Under the pieces are notes generated by a model. It saw nothing but the letters and a program-made list of their open reading frames with translations, ran no database searches and was not told the origin of the DNA. A stretch of 32,375 bases of DNA from Craspedostauros australis (taxonomy: Eukaryota). This document shows positions 30,798-32,375 of the stretch, in pieces; position 1 is the first letter of the stretch, and the number at the start of each line of letters is the position of its first letter. The position numbers were made by a program, and so were the translations under genes. Location of the stretch: NCBI GenBank assembly GCA_030167865.1, contig JALAGF010004064.1:1-32375 (forward strand). The letters are read 5' to 3'.

Positions 30798-32177
30798 ATG
30801 GACTACAGCACATTCGAGCACGCCGCGTTGCAGGTGGCAGCCAGCACCACCGGCCTCGTCTCGCTCTGCGGATCCGCCGTCATCCTCGGGCTCATCATCT
30901 GCGACTGGAACGGTAAATTCGTCCAGATCAAGTACCGATTCCTCTTCACGCTCAGCATCGGCGATATCGTCAGCTCCTTGGTGTACATGGCATGGAATCT
31001 GCCGGCACCGTCCGACACACCCAATCTGTGGGGCGCCATGGGCAACGACACCACTTGCGGCATCCAGGGCTTCCTCTATCAGAGCTCTCTCATCAGCATG
31101 TTCTACAACGGCGCGCTGGCACATTTCTTCTACAAGTCCGTGTGCCATGGCTACAACGACGAGTCGTACTACAACGATGGGTGGGAGCACTTCTGGCATA
31201 TCCTTGCGATGGGGTTCCCGTGCATCTCTGGTCTGGTGAGCGTGGCGATGGGGACGATGAATTTCGGCAGCATCGGCTGCTGGTTTGCTCCATCGCCGCC
31301 CAACTGTTTGACGGAGGAGGATGTGGAATGCGAAAGAGGCGAGAGCGCATTTATCCTTGCTTGGGCTTCTGTCGGTGCGCCATGCATCGTCATCGTCTCC
31401 CTCATCACATTCTACATGTGGAAGATTAACAAGGAGGTCACAGCTGTCGTCAAAGTGGCTCATGAACAGCAGCAACAGGAACGGCAAAAACGAATCAAAT
31501 CAAAGGCCGCCAAAGACGCCTCCATGCAGCAGCGATTGGCCAGCGGGCGACGACTGGGGATGGACGGATCCATCATCAGGTCTAAATCTGCTATGGCACC
31601 ATCCACAACAGACGGCAATGACCATCAAGCGCAAGCGGCGGCTGCTGAGCAGCAGCAAACTCCAGCGGACCAATCCACAGCTAGCGGCGTCGTCGATCGC
31701 GTCCAGGAAGTTGCCACGCAGGCCTACTGGTACGTCGGCATTTTCATGCTGACCCACGCCCCCAGTTTTATTCCAGTCAATCTCTTCATGCTGGGATACA
31801 AGGTGCCCTTCTGGGCGACGCTTCTGTACGTCCTCACATGGCCGCTTCAGGGATTCGGTAACGTCCTCGTCTTCTTGCGGCCTCGCATCGCGCTGCTGCG
31901 TCGTAAGTACCCACACTTGACGTACGCGCGCGCTGTGGTGTCCGCGATATTCAACTACGAAACCTTGGTGGCGACAACATTCTCTGAGAACCCACGGTCA
32001 TGCTCCAAGGAATCACGCATGGCATTGCAGGAGGATCCGGAACCATCCAAGGACAAATCGAAACGGCGGATATCGCAAGCCACGTCGAATGTGAGAACGA
32101 CAAGCCGGGGCAGCTGGGGTGAGAGCAGCAGCGACAACAGCAACAGCGACAACAGCAGCACCACGGATCGCGCATGA
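30798..32177 (+). CDS. 7-TM GPCR-like receptor (cAMP-receptor/GCR1/Git3-like), 459 aa
   Basis: Seven hydrophobic segments. TM1 SLCGS; TM2 LSIGD; ECL1/TM3 GNDTTCGIQGF with YNGALA; ECL2 GCW; long Gln/Ala-rich third intracellular loop; TM6 QAYWYVGIF; TM7 PLQGFGNVLVFLRP; Ser-rich tail. Confidence 0.88.
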   Translation: MDYSTFEHAALQVAASTTGLVSLCGSAVILGLIICDWNGKFVQIKYRFLFTLSIGDIVSSLVYMAWNLPAPSDTPNLWGAMGNDTTCGIQGFLYQSSLISMFYNGALAHFFYKSVCHGYNDESYYNDGWEHFWHILAMGFPCISGLVSVAMGTMNFGSIGCWFAPSPPNCLTEEDVECERGESAFILAWASVGAPCIVIVSLITFYMWKINKEVTAVVKVAHEQQQQERQKRIKSKAAKDASMQQRLASGRRLGMDGSIIRSKSAMAPSTTDGNDHQAQAAAAEQQQTPADQSTASGVVDRVQEVATQAYWYVGIFMLTHAPSFIPVNLFMLGYKVPFWATLLYVLTWPLQGFGNVLVFLRPRIALLRRKYPHLTYARAVVSAIFNYETLVATTFSENPRSCSKESRMALQEDPEPSKDKSKRRISQATSNVRTTSRGSWGESSSDNSNSDNSSTTDRA

Positions 32178-32375
32178 GAGACCGCAACAGAAGAATCGGG
32201 ACAGCATGAAAGGAAGAGCATTTGTGACATAGGTTTTGGTGCTTGCACAAAGCAGTTATGTGATTAATAGAGTGGGAGAGAACACGGAGTGCTTTCAAAA
32301 TGATTTCAAGGTGTCTTCTATTATTTTGGAATTTGAATTGAGGAGATCATAACTCTCCTCTCTCCAGTAAAGCCA

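Noticed and set aside
30173-31487. ORFs 30173..30916, 30316..31239 and 30768..31487
   Set aside because: Off-frame or antisense overlaps of the GPCR gene and its leader.

Overview
This is eukaryotic nuclear DNA. It has GT-AG introns, a protein with a signal peptide plus an ASAFAP-like plastid motif, and gene families typical of a diatom or related ochrophyte (inferred, not proven). About 10 protein-coding genes are supported: (1) a GT8-like glycosyltransferase running off the left edge, which the ORF track misses; (2) a 1432-aa STAND/AAA_16-type NTPase with a helical (TPR-like) C-terminus; (3) an RVxF-containing hypothetical protein; (4) a small, probably plastid-targeted membrane protein; (5) a GT34-like glycosyltransferase; (6) an ARM-like repeat protein; (7) a 3-exon, ~2244-aa LRR-ROC-COR protein fused to a C-terminal trypsin-like serine protease; (8) a membrane-anchored FkbM-family methyltransferase; (9) a 157-aa protein with 4E-BP-like short motifs; (10) a 7TM GPCR-like receptor. 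The main candidate for an undescribed system is the cytosolic ROCO-protease, a possible GTP-gated sensor-protease for immunity or cell death, with an effector-less STAND NTPase in the same window. No rRNA, tRNA, CRISPR array or recognisable transposon was seen.
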